Assembly (NCBI RefSeq): GCF_964188315.1
Contig: NC_135665.1
Span: 49,352,001-49,416,000 of the forward strand
Length of the DNA: 64,000 nucleotides
Direction: 5' to 3'
Source: Podarcis muralis
Taxonomy: Eukaryota
Part shown: positions 1-11,048 of the stretch, piece by piece
How positions within the stretch are numbered: position 1 is the stretch's first letter
Layout: the number at the start of each line of letters is the position of its first letter
The notes under the pieces: generated by a model
What the model saw: only the letters and a program-made list of their open reading frames with translations
Database searches by the model: none
What the model was told of the DNA's origin: nothing
Made by a program: the position numbers and the translations under genes

Positions 1-1109
1 TGCATCCATTACCTGTGACACTTCTCAAGAATGATGTGAATTGAAGACCACTCCAGAGAATATTACGGCTGGCTGAACTGTAAGAGGGTAGGATTTTCAT
101 TGGCCATCACAGAGAAAGCACTTCCTCCTCACCAAAGATGCATGATTTTGGGGCCAGGAAAATAGACTATCCTGTCTATACCACTGTTGGCCAGATGCAG
201 CAGTGCATTGGAACTCACTACAGTGAGCCTTGGCTGCTTGTATCAAATATGGTCAGGGAGAAGGTAAAGAGAACATCTAGGCCACAGCACTGAGCCTAGG
301 TGAGGGACATTTGCCCCGGTAAGTGGATTTGTGGAGGGCCTGCCCCTTGAAATGAATGGAGGCTGTGCAATAGCAATGTTAGGTGGATTGTGCCCAGAGT
401 GATATAAAATATGACTGCTTGCTTGTTGATATTGCCTTCTTTAAAGAGGCATCTAAGTATGTGTTTTCTTTTGATTTTTTTGTGATAATTTTGGATCAAG
501 TCCTCCATAGTAGCTATTCATTATTCTTTCTGCATTTTTAATCCACTCTGGTCAAGAACCACAATGAAGGCCAAAAAATTAAACAAAGTAGGAGTACACT
601 TGTATTTCTGGAGACCTAACGTGGTGACCCATTCAAACATGCTTGCATTCCTATTAAGTATTAATAATAATCAAGCTATTGAATTATGACATTCATCATG
701 GCAGTACCATGCACTGCAAGCAAACTACTAAAACTATTTTCTAATGTGAGTTATTAGGCTGCTCTACTATGATGTGTGAATATACACTTTATGAGGTAAT
801 ATCCTTAAAATTCAAGAATGCAAATAAAGTATATGTAGGCAAAGGACCATTATCCTTTTAAGACACCTTTTTAACTTAAGGTTCTTGTTACAAAAATGCA
901 CAGATGAAATAAGAGTTCAAGGAGGTGTGAAATGCATGCAGGATAAAGAAAAATGTTGTGGAATTGATACATAATTATGGAAGCATGTGGTGTTACCACG
1001 ACCTATTAAATACCTGCGCTTAACAATGAACAGATATTGCACACTACCGCATAAGCGTTTGGAACCAGGAAGCCAACTGTATTTCACTAAGACTTCTGGC
1101 ACAGTTTAC

Positions 1110-1212
1110 CTGTGTCAAATAAATATCGAAGCTCTGGGCAAACGGCCTCATAGAGGCCAAGTAGCGAACAATCAAGCAAGCATCTTCATAGTCCACAGTA
1201 TCAGAATTCATC
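1110..1212 (-). CDS. NIPBL: NIPBL exon 27 (103 nt), (R)MNSDTVDYEDACLIVRYLASMRPFAQSFDIYLTQ
   Basis: AG at 1214-1213; donor CAG|GTAAAC; translation matches NIPBL. Confidence 0.97.
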
Positions 1213-1328
1213 CTGTAATGAAGGGGTAGAATATTGCTTTAGCATTTGCTTATCAACAGAAGAATATGGCAATACATGAACACCAAATGTTGTTTAGTAA
1301 ATAAAAATGAACTATCTGTGGAACTCAC

Positions 1329-1543
1329 CTTAATGTACTGAACTGAGAAGGTGCCGTTTTAATGATGTTGCGAAGAAATTTTTTGCGACTTTCTGCTCTG
1401 TGCATGATTTGTCCCGTTGTCTCGATTTCTTTTGCATGGTGTGTTCCTTCAGATGAATCATCATCCTTCTGAGTTTTCATTGCTTTCTCAGTCTCCATAG
1501 TAGTGTCCCGAAACCACTGTGCTATATAAAATTTCCGAGAAAA
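1329..1543 (-). CDS. NIPBL: NIPBL exon 26 (215 nt), FSRKFYIAQWFRDTT...APSQFSTL(R)
   Basis: Within ORF 1325..1609; acceptor CCAG; donor AG|GTGAGT; 116-nt intron to exon 27. Confidence 0.98.
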
Positions 1544-2066
1544 CTGGTGCGGCAGAAGAGAGTGTGGGAAAATAAGTCCCAAAAAGGACAATGTCAGAAA
1601 GTGTTTCATTGCTTCTACTGTTTGTTGGATATGCTTATTTAGTATATTTTTAATTGATGAAAGCTGCCTTGAGTATTTTTACAGCAACAGAAAGGAGGGA
1701 TATAGATTTTCTTAAATAAATAAGACACTAGTATTTTAGAATATATTGATATAAGTTCTTGTTACTGGAAATGAAGCAGGGCATTTCCATATCCCAAGCC
1801 AACTACATTTTGAATTACATATAGCTGAATTTATCAACTGTATTTTGAGTTGCATATAGTTGAATTTACTCCAAAGTCATTTTCATGTACAAGAGTTACT
1901 TCAGTTTGCAAATACACTTTAACTCCTGGGTTATTTACACTACAAAACATGATAAAACAATTATAAACTGATTTTTAGAGTCTATGATAAATGAACGTGT
2001 TCCTCTACTGCTTATTAAATGTGACCATCATAAAAGTGTTAGGGCCTACTCTTCACCTACCCAGTG

Positions 2067-2267
2067 TGCCTCTGTCCATGATAATACAGAACTCCTTACA
2101 TGATAGGAAGCAGAGTCAATGACAAATTGAACCTGGGGTCTTCTGAATGTAAAGCATGTGCTATGCCTTGTGATGTGGCCCTTCTCCTTTATGGGGAATA
2201 TACCACAGTTGTCACTGACTCTGCTTCCTATCATGTAAGCAGTCCTGTATTATCATGGACAGAGGCA
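2067..2267. repeat. 59-bp inverted repeat (56/59 identical) with 83-bp spacer
   Basis: 2067-2125 is the reverse complement of 2209-2267 with 3 mismatches. The spacer holds a reversed tRNA-SINE-like B-box piece (ATTGAACCTGGGGTCTTCTG). Confidence 0.95.
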
Positions 2268-3026
2268 TTCAAATGTGGTTCTGTCATCTCTTTCTTAGGT
2301 TATATTACAACCCCACAAACTTTAAAAAGAAAAAAAGTATTGCCAAATTGGAAAAACAAGCATTTTTATACTGAACAGTGGTTTAGTGGTAAATTTTTAG
2401 TGAAGGAGCTAGTTAGGACAGCTCCCAACTTCCTAACACTGGGTGTGTATGAAGCAGAAAACAGTTTATAGTAAAAAGAGGCAATTTGCATGTAATACTA
2501 AAACACTGCCATGTAAAGATCAGCAGGGAAAAACACTAGAGTAATACAATTTGCCAGTTTTTTGCCTCATATCAGAAAGCTACAAGTAACGTGAACTTTA
2601 TAACTGTTGGTATCAATCTCTACATAACCTTTTAGATGCCCATACATACCACCTTTCTATATGTTTAACTTGTGATGCCTGTGTATCTAACTTAGTTGCA
2701 GTTTAAAAGTTTAAAAGGCAGTAGCCTTTGTGACACCTCCTCTATTGGTGTGCTAACGAAGAAAGGCTTATGGTCTCCCAAGACAGAAGCACTCAGCTTA
2801 AAAGGGAACAAGCCAGCATATTTGCAAGGTAAGCAGAAGACCTTCCTTTCCAATGCAGAACCATAGGGTGTGTGTGGGTGTGCATGTGTGTGCATTTGAT
2901 TTCTTTCTGCAAACTTTGGCCATGCCCAACATGGGCATACCACCCTCAAGGGGTTGGCCTACAGTTGATGTGGCCTTCAAGACATAAAGGGTTAAGTAGA
3001 CTTTCACTTAAACAACTACAACATAC

Positions 3027-3116
3027 CACTAGTGATGCATCAGTTTCTGTATTTTCTTCCAAATAATCTAACAGTGCCTTTTGCAGTTGCTGGATTTCAT
3101 CATCCCCTCCTGAGAC
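3027..3116 (-). CDS. NIPBL: NIPBL exon 25 (90 nt), VSGGDDEIQQLQKALLDYLEENTETDASLV
   Basis: Acceptor TTACAG; donor GTG|GTATGT; manual translation. Confidence 0.97.
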
Positions 3117-3678
3117 CTGTAACACACAATATATTTTAAATAAAATTCACACCCTTCCCAATATCAGAACACACTAACTTGGATTGATTTGATCTAAACA
3201 CACTTTAAAGTAAACAAATTACAAAACACACCGGGAGCATCAATATGTCACACACAACACATTAACACACAACAAAAATAAAAGGTGTCAAACAAAGTCG
3301 TCATACGCACAATCAATTAGTAGCAAGTGTGTGAAACACCATCTCCCAGCAAACCTGTTGGGCTGCTCCTTCTGCAGCAAATTTTTATTTTGCCATGAAA
3401 TTAAATGTTGTCTCTTTCCCCTCCACCTCCCACATCACCCCAGCTAACAGCTGGATGCTCCCAGAGGCAACTGCCACAAACTTATATTTTAAGGGTAAAC
3501 TAATCAAAATGAGAGGTCAAAAGCACTCTTGATTTTTGAGAGTAACACAAAGAAGAAATCTCACAATGCTATTTTTCTCATTATTGTTTTGTATGGGATG
3601 TTACTCCAAATATTTTATGGACACTAATCTCTACACTGAAACCTGTCTTAAAATAATCAAAAATAGCTTCACTCAAAC

Positions 3679-3822
3679 CTGTTTTAAAATTCGGGCTATA
3701 GATCCTTGATCCATTTTGCTAGTGACTGCATCCTTCCGCAGCCGTGCTGCTACGGTACCAAGATAGTCGAGTGATGCCACCCTCAAAGCCATCTCTGTAG
3801 ATTTATTACTAAATTGATGGAC
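3679..3822 (-). CDS. NIPBL: NIPBL exon 24 (144 nt), VHQFSNKSTEMALRVASLDYLGTVAARLRKDAVTSKMDQGSIARILKQ
   Basis: Acceptor TTCTTAG; donor CAG|GTTTGA; manual translation. Confidence 0.97.
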
Positions 3823-4417
3823 CTAAGAAAATGAAAGAAAAATATATATAAACGTCATTTTTATTCCCCTCACATTTCAAGACAATATTGCTTGATCCTC
3901 TCCTACAATAATGGGAAGAGTTCATTATTATTCATTATTCATTATTATTCATTATTTAGCATTTCACATATAATTCAGGCCACTTCAGATCAAAAGCCAT
4001 TCTCTCTCCATTTGTAAGAACATTTCTTCTGTTTCTCATTTAGCATATATTTACAGTTGACCAACATTAACTCATAGATACTTCAAACAAAGCTTTTGAA
4101 ATCTGGAGTCCATTTCTGTAACCATGCTTAACACTGGTGAGACTTAACATGGAACAGTGATAATAGAGCAGGAGGGAGAAGAATTCAAAGTCTAAAAGAA
4201 GAAATGGTAGGAAAAGGAGTGAAACTGCCTGTTCTTCATCCCTCATCCTATTTAAGGATCACTCTTATATTAAGTCTTCACCAGCTCAAAGCACATTGCA
4301 CTGCATGCAACATGCAGATTCAGTACAATAAGACTATTTTCACAACTTACATCAAAATAAGCAAGCCATTATTAAAAGTGAAGCAGAATTATTGCTTCAA
4401 AAATCCAAGCATCTTAC

Positions 4418-4550
4418 CAACAGTCTTCCCAATAGACTAAGTAGTAACTCCGCAGCTGGCCATTCTGGTTTGTTGACCGTGGAAAGGAGATCCTGAACAA
4501 AGTTCTCAAAGAGTGGCCTATAATCTTCTTCCCCTTGCTTGCTACCACAT
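4418..4550 (-). CDS. NIPBL: NIPBL exon 23 (133 nt), (K)CGSKQGEEDYRPLFENFVQDLLSTVNKPEWPAAELLLSLLGRLL
   Basis: Within ORF 4397..4600; donor TTG|GTAAGA. Confidence 0.98.
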
Positions 4551-5551
4551 CTGTTTGAAGAAAGCAATGAAAAGGGGAAAATAAGACATAATGAATTCAC
4601 CTTTCAATCAATCCTAGATTTTTCTTTTACATTTTAAGTGAGAATTTTATGGCACTATATATAGAATCATAAATGTGGAACAATATAACAGTAATAACCC
4701 TGATAATCACACCTGGGAGAAGAAGTATGCCTTAACATCCTTTTGATGCCAGGTTAATGAGCACTAAATATAAAAGCACTCATACATTTTTGCCTCCCCG
4801 GAACAAGCCCCTTCCCAGTTTCACCATGGACAAGCTCATAAATGTCAAGAGTTATCCGGAAGTGAGGGAGGGACAAAGAAAAGAGAAACTATGAGGGAAG
4901 GGTTGTTTATGATGCAGAAGTGTCTGCATGTAGTCCATGAAAACAGATTATTGCCACTGAATGCCAGCCATTGAATGAGAGTTTTGGGTTGATTCTGAAT
5001 GCCTCTGGACATTTTGAGAAGGAAAGTCCTAATGTTCCTTTCTCTTTTTGTCCAGATATCCAGGATGTGATAACTGTCCAACAAATCTGACATTGGAGCA
5101 TTTGATGATAGGGATGCTGAGGGAACTGCAGCCCTGATGGAAAGTACGATGATGATGAATGAAACAGGGATGTGTTGTGCTTTGTATGCTAGAGGAATGC
5201 AAAACTTGATCTACTAAGCAATGGTGGAAGTAGATACTTTTTTCACCAGGGAGGGTGGAAGGAAACAAAAAGGTTATAAAATTTTCTGAACAATGATGTG
5301 TGTTAGATGTCTATTTTGAGAGCTCTGCACACAACCAATTTATGCCATAGGTCTTTGGTAGAGTGGGATAATTCCTGATATTCTCCAGGGAGAAAGAAAG
5401 AATTATAGAATTGTAGGAGCTTAATAAGGGAGGTAAGGGTAATATTTAGCATGATCCCTGCCTCTTGAGCAAGTGGAAGGAGACAAAGCCCTGCATGGAC
5501 AGCAACACAGAAATAAAACTTATAACAGATGAACAGTTGAATTCTACTCAC

Positions 5552-5634
5552 TTCTTGAGAAAAATGGAAAGGAAGTTTTGTGCTGTTCTCATGGCTGTTT
5601 CATATGAGTTTGTAATGAGGACATCCTGGTCCAC
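5552..5634 (-). CDS. NIPBL: NIPBL exon 22 (83 nt), VDQDVLITNSYETAMRTAQNFLSIFLK(K)
   Basis: Acceptor TTTTCAG; donor AA|GTGAGT; manual translation. Confidence 0.97.
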
Positions 5635-5764
5635 CTGAAAATGAACACAGCGCCTGCTTACTGAATGTGTGTTGTAATTTATGCAACAGCAAGTATAATA
5701 CATATGTTTCTCAACTATGGACAAGGAGATGCAACCTTTTTGAGTCTAATGAACATGAACAATA

Positions 5765-6275
5765 CCGTATTTACTTGAACCTAACGCTCACCTTTTTTTG
5801 GACAAATTACACTAAAAATAAGGTGCACATTAGATTTGATAGCACATTTACCATATTGGCCTGAATATAAACCACACCTGAATATAAGCTGCACCTTTAG
5901 AATTGAAAAAGTAAGTAAATACCCAAATATAAGCTGCTCCCTTTCTCCCTGCTCCTGGCTGAATACTGAGCGGGGGCAGAGCTGCATTGCCGGCGGCCTT
6001 TCCCCTTCCTTGCTCTCTCCCTTCCCGGCCTTGGGAGAGAGGACGGGGGACTACGCCGAGGCGGGCGCTGTTTGCCCTGCGCTCCTGGCTGCATACCGTA
6101 AGGTTGTGAATATAAGCTGCACTTTACCTTTTCATGGTCGGAATTTGGGGGGAAAGTGAGGTTTAAATTCAGGCTAATACAGTACATTCACCAGCAAATA
6201 CTTTTTTTGGTTTCAATGTTCTGGAAATTGAGGTGCTCATTAGATTCGATGGTGCATTAGATTCGGTAAATACGC
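5765..6275. mobile_element. Non-autonomous Tc1/mariner(pogo/Tigger)-type MITE with GC-rich core
   Basis: TA|CCGTATTTAC ... GTAAATACGC|TA termini; subterminal repeats AATATAAGCTGC x3 and CATTAGATT x3. Confidence 0.8.
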
Positions 6276-6618
6276 TACTTCATTATCTTAAAAACAAAAT
6301 ATAATTCACTCAGCCAATGAACAGGGTCATCAAATAACTCAACCTCAGTTAACACAGTTAGTTGAATATTCATTTCTCACAGTTCTTTCAGTCTATCTGC
6401 TCTGTTGCCCAGGTTCACTTTTCTTCCTCTCTCTTCAGTGCCTTTTCAACTTCTCCTTCAAGTGTCACAAACTAACATTTCTCCCTTTGCTCTTTCCCCA
6501 CATTCCATGCCCGACCCATCACTGGCCCAGCATTCCATGAATTCATAATGATAACGGTAAGAACTATATGAACATATGCTAAATACATATATCTTCATAA
6601 ATCTAAAGCATTTTTCAC

Positions 6619-6757
6619 CTTCTTGTTTGACTCCTCTTCAGAATTTGAATCCTTCTCGCCTGATGGTAGATGCACAACACACTGAATTAGTTGTAGCACC
6701 AGTGCAGTCACCATTTGAATATACATAGGTTCACCATCAGTGTCACTGCTGTTCAGT
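6619..6757 (-). CDS. NIPBL: NIPBL exon 21 (139 nt), (R)LNSSDTDGEPMYIQMVTALVLQLIQCVVHLPSGEKDSNSEEESNKK
   Basis: Acceptor TTCAACAG; donor AAG|GTGAAA; manual translation. Confidence 0.97.
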
Positions 6758-7354
6758 CTGTTGAAAAACACAAACCTATTTTACTAATGTTAAAAATGAA
6801 CCCAATGGAAAACATTAAAACCCTTGGCATTTTTTTTTCCAATTGGCTTCAATTATTACAGTGATCCCAAATCTTATTCCCACAATAGAGATGTGGCTTT
6901 GCATTCAAACTAAGCAATAAGCTTCCCCCAAAGAGCAGTACATTTCTGGAACAAAAGTTGATCCAACAGAAGTGTATCACTTTACTTTGAAGCTACATGA
7001 TTTAAGCCAGGGATGGGAACTTTTTTCTTCTACAGCCCAGCTTGAATACAAGCAAGGTTGTAGAGGAAGACACCTGACAAAAACAGGACTTGGAGTTGAT
7101 GCTGAATTGAAGTCCCACTTTCAGAATGCATCAACTGCATGTGAAAGCTTTGGATCAGGAACCCCAGTGGAGACTGCAGTCACCACCCATGAGTTATGAC
7201 AGCAACCCACACCTTCAGAAGGGATCAGCAGCTCCCAAGTGCTATGGAACAATTGGGAGTGCACTTCAAGGCTTTTGGTTGTTCCTTTGCAGTAATGTCT
7301 TTACCTGTCCTAAACCTAATACTGGGTGTAGATACAGATTGACAGGAGGTGTAT

Positions 7355-7434
7355 GGCATGGGGAAAACAGCCTTGTAGGCCAAACTAGACCTGCTGGGTC
7401 TAATTTGGTCTGCAGGCCAAACTTTCCCCGTGCC
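7355..7434. repeat. Short imperfect palindrome, probably a degraded hAT MITE
   Basis: GGCATGGGGAAA...AAACTAGACC, 5-nt loop, then GGTCTAATTTGG...TTTCCCCGTGCC. Confidence 0.55.
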
Positions 7435-7544
7435 TGATTTAAGCATTCCCGCCTCACACTCATACATCTCCTTCCTTCAATGTTATCCCACCCTTCCTTT
7501 ATAGCATTCAGAGTGGCATGCTTTGCATGGCTTGATCCTATGCT

Positions 7545-7685
7545 ATGCTCCACCCCTCTTTTATCATCTCATCAAATCTGTGATGTAGGTGGGGCTGTAA
7601 TAGTAGCTGGCGCAGGTCACCCAGGGAGTTTCATGGTGGAGTGGGGATTGGAATAGATGCTTGCCTAGTCTTAGTCCACTAAACC
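7545..7685 (+). mobile_element. Degraded MIR/CORE-like SINE fragment
   Basis: CTGTGATGTAGGT...AGGTCACCCAG...TCATGGTGGAGTGGGGATTGGAA resembles MIR-like elements (recalled, not aligned). Confidence 0.45.
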
Positions 7686-8002
7686 TCACTGGCATTTCGT
7701 TAACCAATATTCAGTTAAGCCATATTTAAAAAAAATTGAAAAGTTTCAAGCAAAAAGTAGGGGATGGTAGGAGTTTTCCCTCATCTGACATTTGATGTGT
7801 TTTCTACTCTCCCAACAGCCACAAGCCTTGTATGCAAAATCTGAAATTGCACCTTAGATTCAAATCCCAACCCTGCAGTTATGCAGACATAGTTTGGCTT
7901 AGCATGCCCCTTGAAGCAGGCAGTTAATAAAATGTCTTAAAAAACCCAGACTTCTTCAAAAGATGGGAGGAGAGGGAGAGAGAAATTAGCACTGTACGTT
8001 AC

Positions 8003-8103
8003 CTGAAGTTCCTCAGACTTCTTTTGCTGGTTGGTAACCTTGCAAGTGAAGTGAAAATTTCTTCTAATATCAACTGCCTATGCTTTTCATATCTTGAGAA
8101 GAC
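8003..8103 (-). CDS. NIPBL: NIPBL exon 20 (101 nt), VFSRYEKHRQLILEEIFTSLARLPTSKRSLRNF(R)
   Basis: Acceptor TTTTTTCAG; donor AG|GTAACG. Confidence 0.97.
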
Positions 8104-8440
8104 CTGAAAAAAGTTCATTATGGTTATTATATGTATTTCATTTCCTGTTTATTTGGCTGTCCAAAATACAAACTATTTTACAAACACACATACACAATTA
8201 TTAAAACATAAAGTTATTTTCCTACTACCAATCAATATCTATAGCCAAGAGGTATGAATCCAGAAAAGTGGCATTAATGTAAATGTATTAAATGGTTTAA
8301 AATTATTTTGGAGAAGGTACTACTAACATTAGTTTGAGAGAGTTGAAAATACCAACTCAAATTGTTTTCTAAGTAAACTTTCAAACCTAGTGAGGCTCAC
8401 CAAGTTGTTCACACACTGAGCCATCAGGCTGGACAAATTA

Positions 8441-8854
8441 CCATACTTTTTCGTGAATAAGATGAGGTTTTTTTTTACTCTAAAATAATGTTTAAAATCT
8501 GGGGTTGTCTTATACATGCATAGTGCAGAGGGGAGACGGGCTATTGGTTGCAGCCACGAGCAGGAGCTTGTCAGCGGCGATTTGGTGGGTGATTGGTGGC
8601 TGCGGCAAGGGCTGCTGTAGATTGGCTGTTGTTGCGGCAATTGGGCGTGTGAATACGGGCTTCTGTCGGCGAGCGAGAAGACGCTTTGTGGCTTTGGCAA
8701 CACTTGCGATTTGTAGCGTTTGTCAGTCGGGTTAGTGATTTTTGGCATTCCCCCCCCCCCCCAAAAAGCTCAACAACCCATATTCTTACATTGGAGTTCC
8801 CCAAAACAGGGGTCGTCTTATACATGGGGGTGTGTTATACATGGGAAAATATGG
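8441..8854. mobile_element. Non-autonomous Tc1/mariner-type MITE with GC-rich core
   Basis: TA|CCATACTTTTTCGTGAATAAGA ... GTGTTATACATGGGAAAATATGG|TA; subterminal GTCTTATACATG at both ends. Confidence 0.8.
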
Positions 8855-9399
8855 TAGCTGCTTTAAAGCAGCTATCCTAATCTACATTGCTTCAAAAGAA
8901 ATTAAAAATCAGCCCAATCTGTATTTGCTATAGCAATGAGATTTCTCTCTCAGAGATATCTTCTTGTAGGTTTTCAGCTACTCTCAGCATGCGCCAAATC
9001 AAGTTAGTGTCCCATCACAGACACATCAGACATGGTCTCAGTAACATAATTCCTTAACCCTTTCCTACTATCAAAGTACAGTAATAGAGCTGTTTGATCG
9101 GCAGTGCTCCTTGCTTCTAACAATTAAGGTAAATAATGGCGTGAAAGATCAGTGGTGGTGTTGTTATACTTTTCTCACAAACCAGCTGCAATCTGGTTTA
9201 TGAGGCAAAGCTTAGTGGGAAGTAGTTCAGTGGGGAAAAGAACCTGTTGCCAGGCAAAGTTAGAAGTGAGGGCATGACCAGGACCAAATTAAGTAATTCA
9301 TGAAAGCCACCCCCCACAAAAGTTCCTTAAAAAACCAACAACAACACCAGAAGTCATTCATTTCTTTACAATTAAATATTGGTTAAAAGGTGTGCTTAC

Positions 9400-9480
9400 T
9401 GCAGTGACAAGTTTGATGGCGCATAACTGAAGTTCACTGACATTTTCTACAAAAAAAGGTGTTATCCCCATTGAAGAAAC
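9400..9480 (-). CDS. NIPBL: NIPBL exon 19 (81 nt), VSSMGITPFFVENVSELQLCAIKLVTA
   Basis: Acceptor TAATAG; donor GCA|GTAAGC. Confidence 0.97.
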
Positions 9481-9859
9481 CTATTAACAGAAAAGGAAAT
9501 ATATACATAAATTCTCATAATACTTGATAAATGAAAATAAAATCTTTTCAACAGAAAAAGACCTCTGATCATCATCTTTTGAATTGTGTTCTCCAGTTCC
9601 CATACTAGTTGCAGTAGCATACAAGAGGGATGAAAAGCACCTCAGATTTAAGACAGAAAAACACATTTGTTTTCCTTGGGTATTTTGTAGTTATTGTTCT
9701 TCAAAGATGCATATATTTTCCATATCATATATATTTATAACTGACTGCCCAAGTTGCCTTATAAAATAATTTTAAAAATCTAGTAGCTTAAATTTAAGAA
9801 GTTTCATTATTACTGCTTGTAAAAGAAAATAAACATCCACTGGAGAAGAACTTTAGACC

Positions 9860-9880
9860 TGTGTGTGTGTGTGTGTGTGT
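9860..9880. repeat. (TG)10 microsatellite
   Basis: Read directly. Confidence 0.98.
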
Positions 9881-9923
9881 ACAGAAGGGGAAGAGAAATC
9901 TGGATAAAATGGATCAAACTTAC

Positions 9924-10075
9924 CTGAAGAATAGTGGTGTCAGTAAGAAGCTGTATCTCCAACAGTTCAGCCAAACTGCTAACAATATCACAAATTTTGT
10001 TGTACAACATCACGATTACTCTTTGCTTATGGGTAGAACACTTGGCACGCTTTGCTTTTGAGCTTAATACACCAC
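9924..10075 (-). CDS. NIPBL: NIPBL exon 18 (152 nt), (G)GVLSSKAKRAKCSTHKQRVIVMLYNKICDIVSSLAELLEIQLLTDTTILQ
   Basis: Overlaps ORF 9810..10013; donor CAG|GTAAGT. Confidence 0.98.
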
Positions 10076-10193
10076 CTAGTAAATTTTAAAACAAGATACA
10101 TTTTTTTAGAAATTCAGCACAACGCAACCATATTAGATATAAAGTTTCTCCTCACCAAGTTCATATATTTCTCTTATCTCCCAAGATGAAATA

Positions 10194-10407
10194 CAGTGGT
10201 ACCTCGGGTTACAAACACCTCAGGTTACAAACTCCACTAACACAGAAGTAGTACCTTGGGTTAAGAATTTTGCCCTAGGATGAAAACAGAATCGCACGTC
10301 GGCAGTGGGAGGCCCCACTAGCTAAAGTGGTACCTCAGGTTAAGAACGGTTTCAGGTTAAGAACGGACCTCCGGAACGAATTAAGTTTGTAACCAGAGGT
10401 ACCACTG
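10194..10407 (-). mobile_element. Tc1/mariner MITE family A, copy 1 (reverse orientation)
   Basis: TA|CAGTGGTACCTC ... GAGGTACCACTG|TA; internal sequence is the reverse complement of the other copies. Confidence 0.92.
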
Positions 10408-10739
10408 TACAGTCAACCAAGTTGACTATAATAAATCAAGTTGATTGTATGTATTGTATGTATGAGAGGAGAGAGACCTTCTGAAGGGAACACTTAATGA
10501 AGCTTTTACACCATTAAGTATGCAAATTAAATTTACTCAAATCAATTATGACAGGACACCAAATAATTTCAGACTATTCAGATCCCGACAGGATTTTCCC
10601 ATAGTCAAAATTTTCAGGGAAAATGCAACTTATACTTTAAGTTGCAGCTGGCACAGATAGCAATGGGAACCCTCTAAAGAACAAGCCAATATTTTGAAAA
10701 ATACAAGAAGAGCATAATGAAAAAGAAAAGAGACTGCTG

Positions 10740-10930
10740 TGATGTGCTAGCAGCTATCAGTGTCTGCTAGCTGCAATGTCCACACAGTTGGAAGCAGTAG
10801 GCTTCTCAATACCAGTTGCTGGAAACCACAGGAGGAGATAGTGGTATTGTGTTCAGATTCTCCTTGTGGGCTTCCCATGGGCATATGATTGGTAACTTTG
10901 AGCACAGGATGCATTCATATGTTCTTATGG
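10740..10930 (+). mobile_element. CR1 LINE 3' UTR fragment
   Basis: CCAGTTGCTGGAAACCACAGGAGG...TTCTTATG, the reverse of the CR1 tail at about 37035-37190. Confidence 0.65.
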
Positions 10931-11048
10931 GGCTGTCCTTAAACCTAGCGTAGAAGTTTCAATTTCTCCAAAATGAGCTGCCAGGTAGTCAATCAAATTG
11001 TTTTACGTTTGTCTGAGCTTCACTTATTGCCAGTCTCAATTCAAGGTA

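Noticed and set aside
1-1109. Searched for NIPBL exon 28 (ILRVLGENAIAVRTK...)
   Set aside because: Not found; it must lie beyond the window start.
2046-2471. Two opposite-strand ORFs with the same N-terminus (MIGSRV)
   Set aside because: A by-product of the 59-bp inverted repeat.
5030-5150. Strong plus-strand acceptor TTCCTTTCTCTTTTTGTCCAG with a possible downstream GT
   Set aside because: No partner exons, stops in all frames and no supporting evidence for an antisense transcript.
5836-6187. ORFs of 96-107 aa in GC-rich DNA (and similarly at 8329-8880)
   Set aside because: They lie inside non-autonomous MITEs; GC richness lowers stop frequency; no transposase motifs.
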